Positions 21,868-31,733 of a stretch of DNA of 64,000 nucleotides are shown piece after piece. The position numbers were made by a program, and so were the translations under genes. The stretch is from Giardia intestinalis (lineage: Eukaryota): NCBI GenBank assembly GCA_000002435.2, contig CM018793.1; one strand, written 5' to 3'. Under the pieces are notes generated by a model that worked only from the letters and a program-made list of their open reading frames with translations, made no database searches and had not been told where the DNA came from. The number at the start of each line of letters is the position of its first letter. Position 1 is the stretch's first letter.

Positions 21868-21950
21868 TTATTTTTGGTTCGGCTTTGTTCTAGATTTGGT
21901 TAATAAGATTTAGTTAGTAAGGGATTGCAAGAGACCTAAAGAAGCCGAAT

Positions 21951-22745
21951 TCACTGCTTAATGGGAAATTCCTTTGAGATCAGGTAGCTGATAGCGGCAT
22001 ATGCGGCCCAGACACCGAACATTGTGGTTATGATGGAAAACGATGGCAGGCTTAGTTTATACCCTTCACTATCCTTTGGGTGTTCGACGGGTGTCTCCGT
22101 CGTGTATACACACACAACACTACCAGACCTAATGTTCATATCAAACAACTTGTTCCGCACTTTCCTGGCAAGTGGACACACAGTCGTATTCCAAACTAAA
22201 TCGAGTCTTATTTGGCCGGGATCTCTTTTCCTTGCAGCGCCCATTGAGGACACGATGGGAACGTTGTTTGTGAGACAATAGGCTATGATCTCACACTTTT
22301 GTATGAACAAGTCTATGGCGTCTATAACAATGTCGGGCTTATGCTGGGCAGCATACACCTTCATCTCCTCTCCGCCAATCTTTTCACGGTAGACGGTGAC
22401 ATTGCAATATGGGTTGATGCGCTCTATCCGTTCCTTCATAATGTCCACCTTGTACTCACCAATGGTCTGTGTTGTAGCTACTATTTGGCGATTAATGTTA
22501 GATACCTCAACAACATCCTTATCGACAAGTATAATAGTCCCTACTCCACACCTGGCAAGCATTTCCGCTGCGAACCCTCCAACAGCACCTACACCCACAA
22601 CCATGACAACAGCCTTCTGGAGTGCGTTGAATGCATCTTTCCCTTTGCAGAGGATAAATCTCTGGAAAATATCCTCTGGAGCGTAAGCAGTTACTGGGGC
22701 GTCTCTTTTGACAGCGGGCTCCGGCGCATCGGTAGTTGGATTCAT
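21951..22745 (-). CDS. ThiF/MoeB-family E1-like enzyme, closest to the tRNA threonylcarbamoyladenosine dehydratase TcdA/CsdL (yeast Tcd1/2) type
   Basis: It carries the Rossmann motif VVMVVGVGAVGGFAAEMLARCGVGTIILVDKDVVEVSNINRQ. Blocks RINPYCNVTV, VIDAIDLFIQKCEIIAYCLTNNVPIVSSMGAARKRDPGQIRLDL and PLARKVRNKL align with E. coli TcdA blocks QINPECRVTV, VIDAIDSVRPKAALIAYCRRNKIPLVTTGGAGGQIDPTQIQVTDL and PLAAKLRERL. The 264-aa length matches TcdA. Confidence 0.65.
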   Translation of the reverse strand: MNPTTDAPEPAVKRDAPVTAYAPEDIFQRFILCKGKDAFNALQKAVVMVVGVGAVGGFAAEMLARCGVGTIILVDKDVVEVSNINRQIVATTQTIGEYKVDIMKERIERINPYCNVTVYREKIGGEEMKVYAAQHKPDIVIDAIDLFIQKCEIIAYCLTNNVPIVSSMGAARKRDPGQIRLDLVWNTTVCPLARKVRNKLFDMNIRSGSVVCVYTTETPVEHPKDSEGYKLSLPSFSIITTMFGVWAAYAAISYLISKEFPIKQ

Positions 22746-22775
22746 TTTTCTTTACGAGAAAAGATCCCGCATCAT

Positions 22776-23528
22776 TCACTTCACTTGCCTGGCATAAGTG
22801 TTGATCTCATCCGCGGCTAGCAGGCGGAACTGCCCCCCTGTCTCATCCCCAATGATTCCTATTTCTACTGTCTTGCCGTCGATGTCGCCATCCACGTACT
22901 CATGAAGACAGGTCAAGCCAATGAGAATGCCGTCGCTGATACTGACAGACTCGTTGTACCGCTTTTCCAAGAAATCTCGGGCCTGGCTCGACTGGTTTCC
23001 GTTAGCGCACGCCTTCCACGTATAGTAGCTTCCCGAGCTGTCTACTTGGTAAAGAATGTATGGATTAATACGGCTGCCATTTGCTTCCGTCTCGTGCTCA
23101 GTGGCCATAGATTTGCCTGCGAGCAAGACAGAACAGCCAAAGGGGCGCACACCGCCCCGCTGCGTGTACTCTTGCATTGTAGATGCTATGTCACGAGCTA
23201 ACATATTAACGGGCATGGACTCCTGAAACTCGTTCCAGTATTGCTCATAAGACTTTCTACCAAGATTAAGTAGATTGCGAAAATCGGCTGAGAAGCCACT
23301 GTATGTGATACCAAGGCTGGGAGACACATTATCTACCAAACTGATAGTAGGGTAATCAACCAGAGGGTTCTCTGCTGCCTTATGACACATCAACACAACC
23401 CCATTGGCGCACTTAATCCCTATTGAGAGCCTTCCTCCATCAACAGCCGCCAATGCATAGGTTATTTGACGTAAGTGGCCCGACGGAGAAAAGGTGGTCA
23501 GGGAAAAGCTGTAAGCAAGCTCGTTCAT
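22776..23528 (-). CDS. PSMA2: 20S proteasome subunit alpha type-2
   Basis: The N-terminus [27 protein letters not shown]...[10 protein letters not shown] is near-identical in pattern to PSMA2 [27 protein letters not shown]...GIKAANGVVL. Further alpha-subunit blocks include [14 protein letters not shown]. The 250-aa length fits. Confidence 0.9.
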   Translation of the reverse strand: [250 protein letters not shown]

Positions 23529-23736
23529 TTATTTTTGAAAAGGCAGAGCAAATTTATCTACTCCCAGAGAACATAGAGCGGCCTCTACACATCCGTTTCC
23601 GAGCTCATGACTGTAGCATGTGTTTCTAAACAGAAAAAAGCTAATACATGTGTTAGCAAAGAAGGTATCGTTCATTCACAGAAACTGGGCTCAACTGGAA
23701 ACCGCACTTGATCCTAATGCCAGAAAAAACATCCCC

Positions 23737-26700
23737 ATGCTCCACCTAGATATACGAGAGCTCATTGTTCCTCAGCGAATGCCTGGGACTCATGTAACGT
23801 TGACGTTAACGTTCAGGAATAGGCTTCGCAATACAGTAGACTGCGAATTCGTTCATCCAGGGTCACTGCGCCGCAGACAGACGAATGGATCTGTTTGTAT
23901 CATCTATCCGTCAGAGGTGATCACTCCAATACCCTGGATGTCGCACTTAAGTCATGAGCTCACTGTGACAGCAGAGATATTCAATGACGACGCCATGCTC
24001 TATGAAACGACTGTAAGAGTAGCACCTCTGAAGGTGAAGCACATCCTATCCGGAAAACGAATGTTTCTGGAGCTTCCAATGGACAAGGTATCCTGTGCTG
24101 CCGTCTGCATCTGTAAGGACATGACAGAAAGGTCATCCAAAGTATTTCTACAAAAGATGCCATTGAATCATATTATTCCGTTGTTTCCAGAGCCCATCAT
24201 TGACTGCTATCTGATTGTAGATGCGGGATACATCATTAGGCGCTCCATATATGATCGATACACTAGGACTACACCTGAGAAAATACCCATAAGTTTGGCC
24301 TCGAAACTGAGGAGAGTATCTATTGTTCTTCGAGGCCTTGTGGGAGACGTTGTTTGGGAGTCAATGGTGTACAACGGAGAAGTAGACCCCAAAACAGGTG
24401 AAATAATAATGTATGAGCTCATTAACGGATTGGATGCGGTTGCAATTAACGTTCTATCCGCCTTATATAAGTCTATTTTCACCAAGAGCAAAGGCAGAGC
24501 CAAAATTAAGATTGGTCAGTCAAGTGAAAGTAGAGGAGATCATTCATCCGCCAAGAAAACAAGGCGTCAACAAGAAAAAGATTATAAGCTTCTGCTTAAT
24601 GCTTGTGTGATGGAAGGCATTGTTGCTGCTCCTAGTTGTGGCGCAGGTCTTTCACGCACTCGTGGCCCATCACTGATTGAAGTACTCGCATCCATTAAAG
24701 GCCTGTCGCACAACAATCTTAATCCGATGGATCTACTGGCAAGCTATTCGACTTGCGATTGCAGCCAGTCCACTTTGACTTTTGATAGACTAAAGAGCTT
24801 GATGTCAGAGAACCCAAACATGTGGGTAATAGCCAAACGAATCCGCAATTGGATCTCTGTCGTTGACCATAAGCATATCTTAGCTGGTCTGGTCCGAAAT
24901 TACATCAGCCCCACGCACCTCACTGTTCCCGAGCGCATTGGCAAGAGTCAGCTCCACGATATCCTGCGCGATTGTGACGATGATAATGTGTGTTACGTTC
25001 TTAGCATTGTTTGCAGGGATGCCATGACTCTTCCAAGAGTTACAATAGGAGAAAATACCTATTTTGCTCCCACATCAAGCGAGCAAGTGTCCCCTTACAA
25101 ATGGCTGCAGACAGGTGATGACAGCATAAATGGTCTGCACAGATTTTGTCTCCACTATGATATTCCTCAAAAGTCTGTGTGCAACTTTCTGTGGGAGCGA
25201 CTATGCATTGCAGATCCTTCGAGTAATATGACGGACCCCACGGCTGAGATGGTGATGAATAAGTTATCTTTATTGTTAACTGCAGCACTCAACACAGGAA
25301 CCGTCGAAAAGTGGCGCAATGGGAGAGGTAAGACATATTCTCTTCGGTCTTTATTCATCGATCTAATCATTTATATTGTTACTACTGTAGAAATGCAGCC
25401 GTTACATGTGCTATACCAAGACGATGCAAATGGACCGGAGGTTGAAGTTAGCCAGTCGTACGAGTCAGAAGAAAGCATTCTGTGCGTGGATCCTCTGGAA
25501 GAAGTCCAGCAAATAGAGCATTTGGCCTCAGAAGAATACAGTTGCCCGAAAGCGTTGCTGTTTTCGAGGCATGTTCAGCAACATGTCAATGAGGTGATCA
25601 GCAGCCAATCTAGCTCCTTAAGCAAACCGTCTGCATCACAATCACTGTGTGTCCAGGGAGAGACACGCATGCTGCACTCACTAAGTTCAGAGGTGTCTCT
25701 CTCTATTGCCGACTTGGCCACAGAACCTAAAAATGAAGATCATCAGGCTGCTGACCCCGTCGATCAAATTCACCTGCCAGCAATTCCTCGACCCAATAAC
25801 GGAGTACGAAGGCAGATTCATACACCACAAGATAAAGCAAGATTGGCAAGTAGCACTTCACTAATCAGCCAGGCTGCATCCTCTGCCTTCAGCGATGTGT
25901 CCTGTCAAGAAGATGATGTTATCTTATCAACTATAGACTATACTGATCGCTCAAAGGGTTCAGTGGGAAGAACTGGGACAAAAACTGTGATTGGCCCTGT
26001 TCTAGGGTCATCCTACTCTTCACTCATCAATGTCTCTCGATTGAATACTCCAATTTGCGACCTTTCTTTCTCTTCTTCTCCTTCTAACGCACTACCACCG
26101 TTATATTCGAATATCTTTACGGATATGATTAAGCTCATAACGCAGGAAAAAGCTTGCACTACGGGACAAAGGATGCTTGATCAATGGACAGAGGACCTTA
26201 TAGAAGCGGTCGTTGCACCAACCACCCAATTTGCCAACCCCACGTGGGGACATAAACAGATGCATGCTATGCAGGACCTTTGTGTAGCCGCAGCACACCT
26301 TAAGCACATCATACTCACGCTCAGTTCATGCATTGAAAACGTGGACAAGGAGCAGGTGAGGTTCTTAATTATGAGTATCTTGTCTGATAGAGATCTAGAG
26401 CATCTATTGCTTTCTCTTAATGAACCCCTCCTCTCCTTCCATAGTAAGCTTACTAGCAGCACCAAGGAGACACAGACCATAAGCAGTTTCGCATCAAACC
26501 TTCCTCACAACTTGCCCCGCGAAAGCTCTCCCTTTGATTTTTCAGCTCTACAAGAAAAGATGTCTTTGAATGACAGGGTTATAGACTCTATACTGGAGAA
26601 AGCGACGGCCTATGCCTCCTCCCTATCTCCTAATAGACACACCATCAACACAGCATCAATTCCAAGCGTGCAACGTAGCACTGACACATTTATATCTGGC

Positions 26701-26901
26701 AATATCGGATTCGCAAGGTCCAGCAGCAAGGACACTAACTATCTTTTTGAGTCCAACTACGAGAGTAGGGCTGGAACGCCCGACATATGCCAGATGCTGG
26801 AGTCGATAGAAGGTGGTGACTGTGATCAACAACTAATTGAACCAGCCACTTGGGACTACGGAGTTTGCCCATATGAATGCCAACGTCTCATACTAACATA
26901 A
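23737..26901 (+). CDS. Large hypothetical protein of about 1054 aa from the first ATG (the ORF track opens at a GTG at 23620)
   Basis: It is a long uninterrupted ORF. The first in-frame ATG, at 23737, sits in an A-rich context. The C-terminal third is S/T-rich and low-complexity. I recognise no enzymatic motif. Confidence 0.6.
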   Translation: MLHLDIRELIVPQRMPGTHVTLTLTFRNRLRNTVDCEFVHPGSLRRRQTNGSVCIIYPSEVITPIPWMSHLSHELTVTAEIFNDDAMLYETTVRVAPLKVKHILSGKRMFLELPMDKVSCAAVCICKDMTERSSKVFLQKMPLNHIIPLFPEPIIDCYLIVDAGYIIRRSIYDRYTRTTPEKIPISLASKLRRVSIVLRGLVGDVVWESMVYNGEVDPKTGEIIMYELINGLDAVAINVLSALYKSIFTKSKGRAKIKIGQSSESRGDHSSAKKTRRQQEKDYKLLLNACVMEGIVAAPSCGAGLSRTRGPSLIEVLASIKGLSHNNLNPMDLLASYSTCDCSQSTLTFDRLKSLMSENPNMWVIAKRIRNWISVVDHKHILAGLVRNYISPTHLTVPERIGKSQLHDILRDCDDDNVCYVLSIVCRDAMTLPRVTIGENTYFAPTSSEQVSPYKWLQTGDDSINGLHRFCLHYDIPQKSVCNFLWERLCIADPSSNMTDPTAEMVMNKLSLLLTAALNTGTVEKWRNGRGKTYSLRSLFIDLIIYIVTTVEMQPLHVLYQDDANGPEVEVSQSYESEESILCVDPLEEVQQIEHLASEEYSCPKALLFSRHVQQHVNEVISSQSSSLSKPSASQSLCVQGETRMLHSLSSEVSLSIADLATEPKNEDHQAADPVDQIHLPAIPRPNNGVRRQIHTPQDKARLASSTSLISQAASSAFSDVSCQEDDVILSTIDYTDRSKGSVGRTGTKTVIGPVLGSSYSSLINVSRLNTPICDLSFSSSPSNALPPLYSNIFTDMIKLITQEKACTTGQRMLDQWTEDLIEAVVAPTTQFANPTWGHKQMHAMQDLCVAAAHLKHIILTLSSCIENVDKEQVRFLIMSILSDRDLEHLLLSLNEPLLSFHSKLTSSTKETQTISSFASNLPHNLPRESSPFDFSALQEKMSLNDRVIDSILEKATAYASSLSPNRHTINTASIPSVQRSTDTFISGNIGFARSSSKDTNYLFESNYESRAGTPDICQMLESIEGGDCDQQLIEPATWDYGVCPYECQRLILT

Positions 26902-26979
26902 CCAAGCAAACCCAAGTAAATTGGGCAAATCAGATTAATTTTATTTTTGTCTTTCGGTTTCAAACGAAGAGAACAGGGA

Positions 26980-27681
26980 ATGGAGCAAGTTGTTCTTTTT
27001 GATTCGCCGTCCATTAAGATACTGAATCCAGAGACACCCTTCCTAGAGCCTCTTTCATTAGAAATTAAGCTTCATCTTCTCGAGAAACTTTCAAGTCCTT
27101 TAGTTTGGTCCGTAGAATATGTTGACGGAGTTTCGCCGGAACAGTCGCTTATTCAGGTCCCAATAGGCCCACCTACTGCACAGAAATTGAAGTTTGTCCT
27201 CACTGTGCCACCTCCTACCCCCTCTGCCATCTCCGTCTCCGGCCTCCTCACCTCTGCAGTGTATCGTATTACCATACAATATAAAGAGGCCTATGTCTGG
27301 AGTACTGCCTTATATTTGTCGTGTACCGATACTTCTGGAAAACACAGACCACCAGTTGACGAGGAACTTTCAGGAGACTCTATCCATACAACCGAACCGG
27401 ATACGGATCATTCACAAGATGATGAGGTTGCGAGCCATCTGCTTGAAGATGAGTCTGAGGACAGCGAAGATCAGACTAATGGTAGCTCTGAAACTGTTGA
27501 CGACAGTTCCTCGCAAGGCTCTCGTCCTGATGCAGAGCCCGAAATGAAGAAGGTTCCTCCACAACCATTGCAAATGGGATCTGAAGATATGTTTTCCACA
27601 TTTGTCAAGACAGTTACCCTTCTATCGCGTGAAACGAAACAAGGCATTTACACTTTAGAGCCTAACGAGACCTTCTCTTAG
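26980..27681 (+). CDS. ASF1: ASF1-like histone chaperone with an acidic C-terminal tail
   Basis: The N-terminal roughly 130 aa follow the ASF1 core pattern. 'ILNPETPFLEPLSLEIKLHLLEKLSSPLVWSVEYVDG' matches '[37 protein letters not shown]', and 'VPIGPPTAQKLKFVLTVPPPTP' matches 'VLVGPVPAGRHMFVFQADAPNP'. The C-terminus is a D/E/S-rich tail, as in fungal Asf1. The ORF track starts at a TTG at 26947, and the first ATG is at 26980. Confidence 0.5.
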   Translation: MEQVVLFDSPSIKILNPETPFLEPLSLEIKLHLLEKLSSPLVWSVEYVDGVSPEQSLIQVPIGPPTAQKLKFVLTVPPPTPSAISVSGLLTSAVYRITIQYKEAYVWSTALYLSCTDTSGKHRPPVDEELSGDSIHTTEPDTDHSQDDEVASHLLEDESEDSEDQTNGSSETVDDSSSQGSRPDAEPEMKKVPPQPLQMGSEDMFSTFVKTVTLLSRETKQGIYTLEPNETFS

Positions 27682-27692
27682 CTTCTAAGTCT

Positions 27693-29333
27693 TTAATTAA
27701 CCATTTCAGTGCAAGTTTTGGCCAGTATTTCCTTTACGTCGCACCCTTTAGTACCAAAATCGCGTTCTAGACGATCCTTGAACCTGCTGCAAAAGCCCTT
27801 GTAATCTTTGTCGTCGTCTTTCTGGGTGTTAATGGCACATTCTTTATCGTAGTCCCTGGCCTTTTCATAGTCAGATAGCAAGTGGGAGGTCTGCTTGGCG
27901 AGGTCCCACGAAAAATCAGGGTTTGTTTTGTCAAATGTGGTTGGGACAGTCATGTGATATGCATCTGTAGCTTGCCACACTACAGAGTTGCATTTGAAGC
28001 CACTGCCGAATGCTATTTGCCACACCTTGTGGCCGGGCTTAACTCCACTTTGGCATTCGTGATAGGCAAGCTCATACCAAACAGAACTACTGGATGTGTT
28101 ACCATACCGGTAAAGAGTGGCTCTTGAGGCAGCCATCTGTTGCTCACTGAGGTGCAGCAGTCGTTCCATTTCATCCAGTACTGCACGACCACCTGTGTGA
28201 AAGCACAGGTGGTTAAATATTTTACCCACATTAGGCATAAAGGGAGCAGCATCTTTTCTGCTTGTCTTCCGAACGTTACTGAGCATTTGATGCCACAAGA
28301 ACCGGCATATTTCCGTTACTGGCATGAATTTCTTAAAGACTATCTTCATATTGTCATGCAGCGCCTTTCCTGCACACCGCGGAACGCTTTTATTGATGAT
28401 GACCCCAATATTGCCCTTTTGGTCAGCCGTTTGGTATACACATCTGTAACTGTCGTCGCTCCCCCCGTGGTGAGTCCTCACGAGTCCCAGAAGCTTGTAC
28501 TTTGCATATATGGTTTTTGGGTCCCTTGCGTCGCTTCTAGATCCCTTTATCCTATATGATGGATTGTTGGAGAATAAAACAGCAGAGCAGCCCATCCGAA
28601 ATAGCACGTTCTGCATCAGCATGCTGCGCTCTTCTCCGCGATAAAAATTCTGTGTCATGTTCTCTGTTGATACTAGCAGTATAAGTCCTGGAGAATCATG
28701 CATTATGGCTCTGATAAGATCGACTCCAATAATAGAAGCAGAGCACCCCATGCCACCCAAAGAAAAGCTTCTTACATTCTTGTTCAGCCCGTACTTGTTG
28801 ACGATCATAGCGGAGAAGCTGGGTGTAGGACAAAAGAGGCTACAGTTAGTTACTACCCCCGAAATGGCCTTAGGGTCTATCCCTGTTTTCTCCAGGAGGG
28901 CGTCAATTGCGCCGAATATGACCAGCTCGGCCTCTTCTCTTGCAGTCTTAATAGTACAGTTGAAATCTCTCAGGGATCTTGGAATATGTGTAGACGGGCC
29001 TAAGCCTGTCCCCTCACATATCCGACGCATGAACTTCATGGACTCAGCTGGGTAATGAAAGCTTTCAAGCGCCAAGTTCAGTAGCTGCTCATTTGTCGTC
29101 TTGTAGATCTCCTCGTCGGGCTGAAATACTGCGAAATCTAGCAGATAAAGTGCCCTGGCATCCGCTGCGGCTGCGCGCATGTAAGCCACTGTTATCAGCA
29201 GCACTGTAGTTACACATAGGCAGCACAACACCAGGGGGCTGCTTTGGAGCTCAGGGATGACCCTGTAGTTTATACCATCAGCAGCCCAGTCCCATGCATA
29301 CTCAGCTGCATGAAGCCATGACCAGCCAGCCAT
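27693..29333 (-). CDS. FAE1-type 3-ketoacyl-CoA synthase (very-long-chain fatty acid elongase condensing enzyme, type III PKS superfamily)
   Basis: The alignment with plant KCS/FAE1 runs the full length. It includes the N-terminal TM, 'ALYLLDFAVFQP', 'FMRRICEGTGLGPSTHIP', the active-site region 'SFSLGGMGCSASIIGVDLIRAIM', 'LVSTENMTQNFYRGEERSMLMQNVLFRMGCSAVLFSN', 'HTGGRAVLDEMERLLHLSEQQMAASRATLYRYGNTSSSSVWYELAY' and 'WQIAFGSGFKCNSVVW'. There is a C-terminal extension of about 60 aa. Confidence 0.85.
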   Translation of the reverse strand: MAGWSWLHAAEYAWDWAADGINYRVIPELQSSPLVLCCLCVTTVLLITVAYMRAAAADARALYLLDFAVFQPDEEIYKTTNEQLLNLALESFHYPAESMKFMRRICEGTGLGPSTHIPRSLRDFNCTIKTAREEAELVIFGAIDALLEKTGIDPKAISGVVTNCSLFCPTPSFSAMIVNKYGLNKNVRSFSLGGMGCSASIIGVDLIRAIMHDSPGLILLVSTENMTQNFYRGEERSMLMQNVLFRMGCSAVLFSNNPSYRIKGSRSDARDPKTIYAKYKLLGLVRTHHGGSDDSYRCVYQTADQKGNIGVIINKSVPRCAGKALHDNMKIVFKKFMPVTEICRFLWHQMLSNVRKTSRKDAAPFMPNVGKIFNHLCFHTGGRAVLDEMERLLHLSEQQMAASRATLYRYGNTSSSSVWYELAYHECQSGVKPGHKVWQIAFGSGFKCNSVVWQATDAYHMTVPTTFDKTNPDFSWDLAKQTSHLLSDYEKARDYDKECAINTQKDDDKDYKGFCSRFKDRLERDFGTKGCDVKEILAKTCTEMVN

Positions 29334-29441
29334 TTTTAACGGTCATGTGTACCATCCTCTGTAGACCAAGTATACTGTACGGTAGCATGTAAACCATCAC
29401 AACCAAATCCAAGCAAATTTAAAGAAAAGAAAAGACACATT

Positions 29442-30830
29442 TTGCACAGAATGAATATACTGAAGGATCCGACTCTCTTGGAGGCCACATGGGCTAACAT
29501 TTCTGCTAACAACGGAGAGTCTAAGCAGCAAACGACCTTGTTTTCGCCCGTTTCAACGGAGTCAGAACATGAACCTTTGGCTGAAGTGCGCGCGTCTCAA
29601 GCAGAATTCTTTCGTTTTGTTGTCTTAAAGGTTAAGGAGTCTTCACAGGTACTTGGGTTCTCGCGTATTCCCGTTGTGGTTGAGGTTTCCCAGGTCATTC
29701 CTGACCCGCGGTTGCTTCCCTATGGATCGGCGGACATGGCGCGCTTTCTCAACCACTTGGGGTCAGATATCATTAAGACAGGAGTTGCAGATCATCTTTC
29801 TTTCCCGAGTCTCTTCAGTGGCCTTGTATTCCTCGTGAATAGTCAGTTTTGCGACATGCCCAGGCTTCAATCGCGGTTTGCAGAGTTGAGCCCCACTCTA
29901 CGGCAAGTTGGGCTGGATGATCGTGTACTGGGGTCCTTTGCTGCGTTGTCTCACGGGTTTTTGGGGCGAAATCTCAACAGAGTCGTAGAGATAGCCAAAC
30001 GAGGACTGCACGACGCAGACAGACCCCTTGCCTGGTCCATTCTGCTTGGGACAGTAAATGCCGCAGGGGACACAATTGAGCCTCTTCAAGGAGTCCCACT
30101 CACGCTTCCTCCTGCTGCAGACGTCGGAGAGGGGATGATCCTCTATACTGACCTCTTACTCCAAGCGGATGTGTTGACCACATGTACAGATGAGCACCAC
30201 TTTCTTTTCAACGACAGCGTGCTCCGCCTCCTCAGCTGTTTCATTAACACTCCCCTTCAGTGGCACGGTGCCCGCAAGTATCTCGGACCAACCTTAAAGT
30301 CCACGAGTGGTGACATCATTCCAGCCAGTGGCATCTTCCCCTTTCGAGGAATGTCCAGCTACGTTGCACCGCTCCTCTTCCTGTACAAGGAGGAGTCCGT
30401 CCTCCCGCACCTTCAGATACTATACACACGATACTATTGTCGGCTACACACCATAGAGGGACTTGCACCCCTTATGGGGTTGGCTGAACTCCTTATCGCC
30501 GAAGGCTGCCCCGACCTAGTAGTAAAATTCAGGATGCTTCAAGCGCAGAGTCCAGACATCAGCCTCTGCAGCATCATTGTGCCGTGGCTCATGACTGGAT
30601 TTGCAGGATATCTTATGCCACGAGAATACTTTCAATTGTGGGATCGAATATTGGGATACAACGCTTTGGAGCTTCTTTCGGTTTTCGCAGCAGCCATACT
30701 CATCCTCAAATCTCCCACTTTGGTTGGCCTTTCAGACCCACATGACGTAAAGTACTATTTAAGCGATCTGAGTGGCATCCAGACAGTCTCTCTCCTACAA
30801 TTGGCGCTATTCTCCGTTGACAAAAAATAG
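29442..30830 (+). CDS. TBC (Rab-GAP)-like domain protein, possibly non-catalytic
   Basis: The C-terminal half matches the TBC helical pattern (...IIVPWLMTGFAGYLMPREYFQLWDRILGYNALELLSVFAAAILILKSP). The canonical IxxDxxR arginine finger and YxQ glutamine finger are not evident. An RGM sits where QGM would be expected. Confidence 0.4.
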   Translation: MHRMNILKDPTLLEATWANISANNGESKQQTTLFSPVSTESEHEPLAEVRASQAEFFRFVVLKVKESSQVLGFSRIPVVVEVSQVIPDPRLLPYGSADMARFLNHLGSDIIKTGVADHLSFPSLFSGLVFLVNSQFCDMPRLQSRFAELSPTLRQVGLDDRVLGSFAALSHGFLGRNLNRVVEIAKRGLHDADRPLAWSILLGTVNAAGDTIEPLQGVPLTLPPAADVGEGMILYTDLLLQADVLTTCTDEHHFLFNDSVLRLLSCFINTPLQWHGARKYLGPTLKSTSGDIIPASGIFPFRGMSSYVAPLLFLYKEESVLPHLQILYTRYYCRLHTIEGLAPLMGLAELLIAEGCPDLVVKFRMLQAQSPDISLCSIIVPWLMTGFAGYLMPREYFQLWDRILGYNALELLSVFAAAILILKSPTLVGLSDPHDVKYYLSDLSGIQTVSLLQLALFSVDKK

Positions 30831-30831
30831 C

Positions 30832-31665
30832 ATGTCCATCGTCGACTGCGCATCGCACCTGCGAGACATCTTCAACAACACTGTGCCAGCATTTGAAACA
30901 GATCCTGATACTATCAAGTACCTAGCGCCACTACTTAAAGAGTATAAAAGCATCGTGCAAGCAATTGATGAGATGAAACAGATCCTGACTTGCAGAATTT
31001 GCGCAGCTGAAGCCGAACAGCAAATTCTGAAGGCAGAACTAGAGCAAATAGACCCATCCTATCATGAAAGATTTTCTCCCAAGGTTCTTCAGGCTGCGCG
31101 ATCTCTATCAACAATTGTCTCAAAGCTTGCCACCACAGCGTCTTCAAATAGCATATCACCTAGTAGGCCTTATGGGAGTGAGATTGTAAGCCAGCTTACT
31201 GTCCTAGAACTAGAGCTGTTGTTCTTCGAAGCCCAGCTGACAGAAATAGATGGGAAGCAGGAGCAAATGAGGAAAGTCTTGCAGAGTTTACACCAACAGC
31301 GCAAGAAGCTTAATGAGTTTAATAACGGAACACACTTGGAAAACATACTTCTTCATGAGCAGAAACAGATTGGCACGTTGGCAGAGATAGAGCAAACAAC
31401 TGCCAATCTGGAACAGTCCATGGCTGTATTGGAGGCCAGGCTGCAGTCCTTTGGAGCTAATATGGATCATTTTAACATAGAGGCTCTTGCAAAGGGCACA
31501 CAGGAGCTCGCCGCGACACAACAAAGGATTACGGAGATGCTTGCAACCCCCGAATATGATGCGATTGCAGGCATCCCACAAGTGAGTCCTAAGGAGCTGG
31601 ACGCGGAGATAGAGCGCATAAGGGGAGAGCTTAACGAACTTATTGAGCAACTTGAAGAGGTGTAG
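30832..31665 (+). CDS. Hypothetical coiled-coil protein (277 aa from the ATG at 30832)
   Basis: The ORF is continuous with the upstream gene's frame neighbourhood. The first ATG comes immediately after the upstream TAG stop at 30828-30830. The protein is heptad-rich (LELELLFFEAQLTEIDGKQEQMRKVLQSLHQQRKKLNEF...). Confidence 0.5.
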   Translation: MSIVDCASHLRDIFNNTVPAFETDPDTIKYLAPLLKEYKSIVQAIDEMKQILTCRICAAEAEQQILKAELEQIDPSYHERFSPKVLQAARSLSTIVSKLATTASSNSISPSRPYGSEIVSQLTVLELELLFFEAQLTEIDGKQEQMRKVLQSLHQQRKKLNEFNNGTHLENILLHEQKQIGTLAEIEQTTANLEQSMAVLEARLQSFGANMDHFNIEALAKGTQELAATQQRITEMLATPEYDAIAGIPQVSPKELDAEIERIRGELNELIEQLEEV

Positions 31666-31733
31666 GAGTATAGGGGTTGAGGTGGAGTTTAGTAGGCTAG
31701 AAGAAGCTTCCAAAACGATCTCGTTCCATTGCT

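Noticed and set aside
22299-22820. 173-aa and 96-aa plus-strand ORFs overlapping the ThiF and proteasome genes
   Set aside because: They are antisense to two genes that each have strong, specific family alignments. Their translations lack motifs and are compositionally odd.
28140-29055. Plus-strand ORFs (28140..28559, 28657..29055, 28698..29003) inside the KCS gene
   Set aside because: They are antisense to an ORF with full-length, unambiguous KCS homology. They have no motifs.
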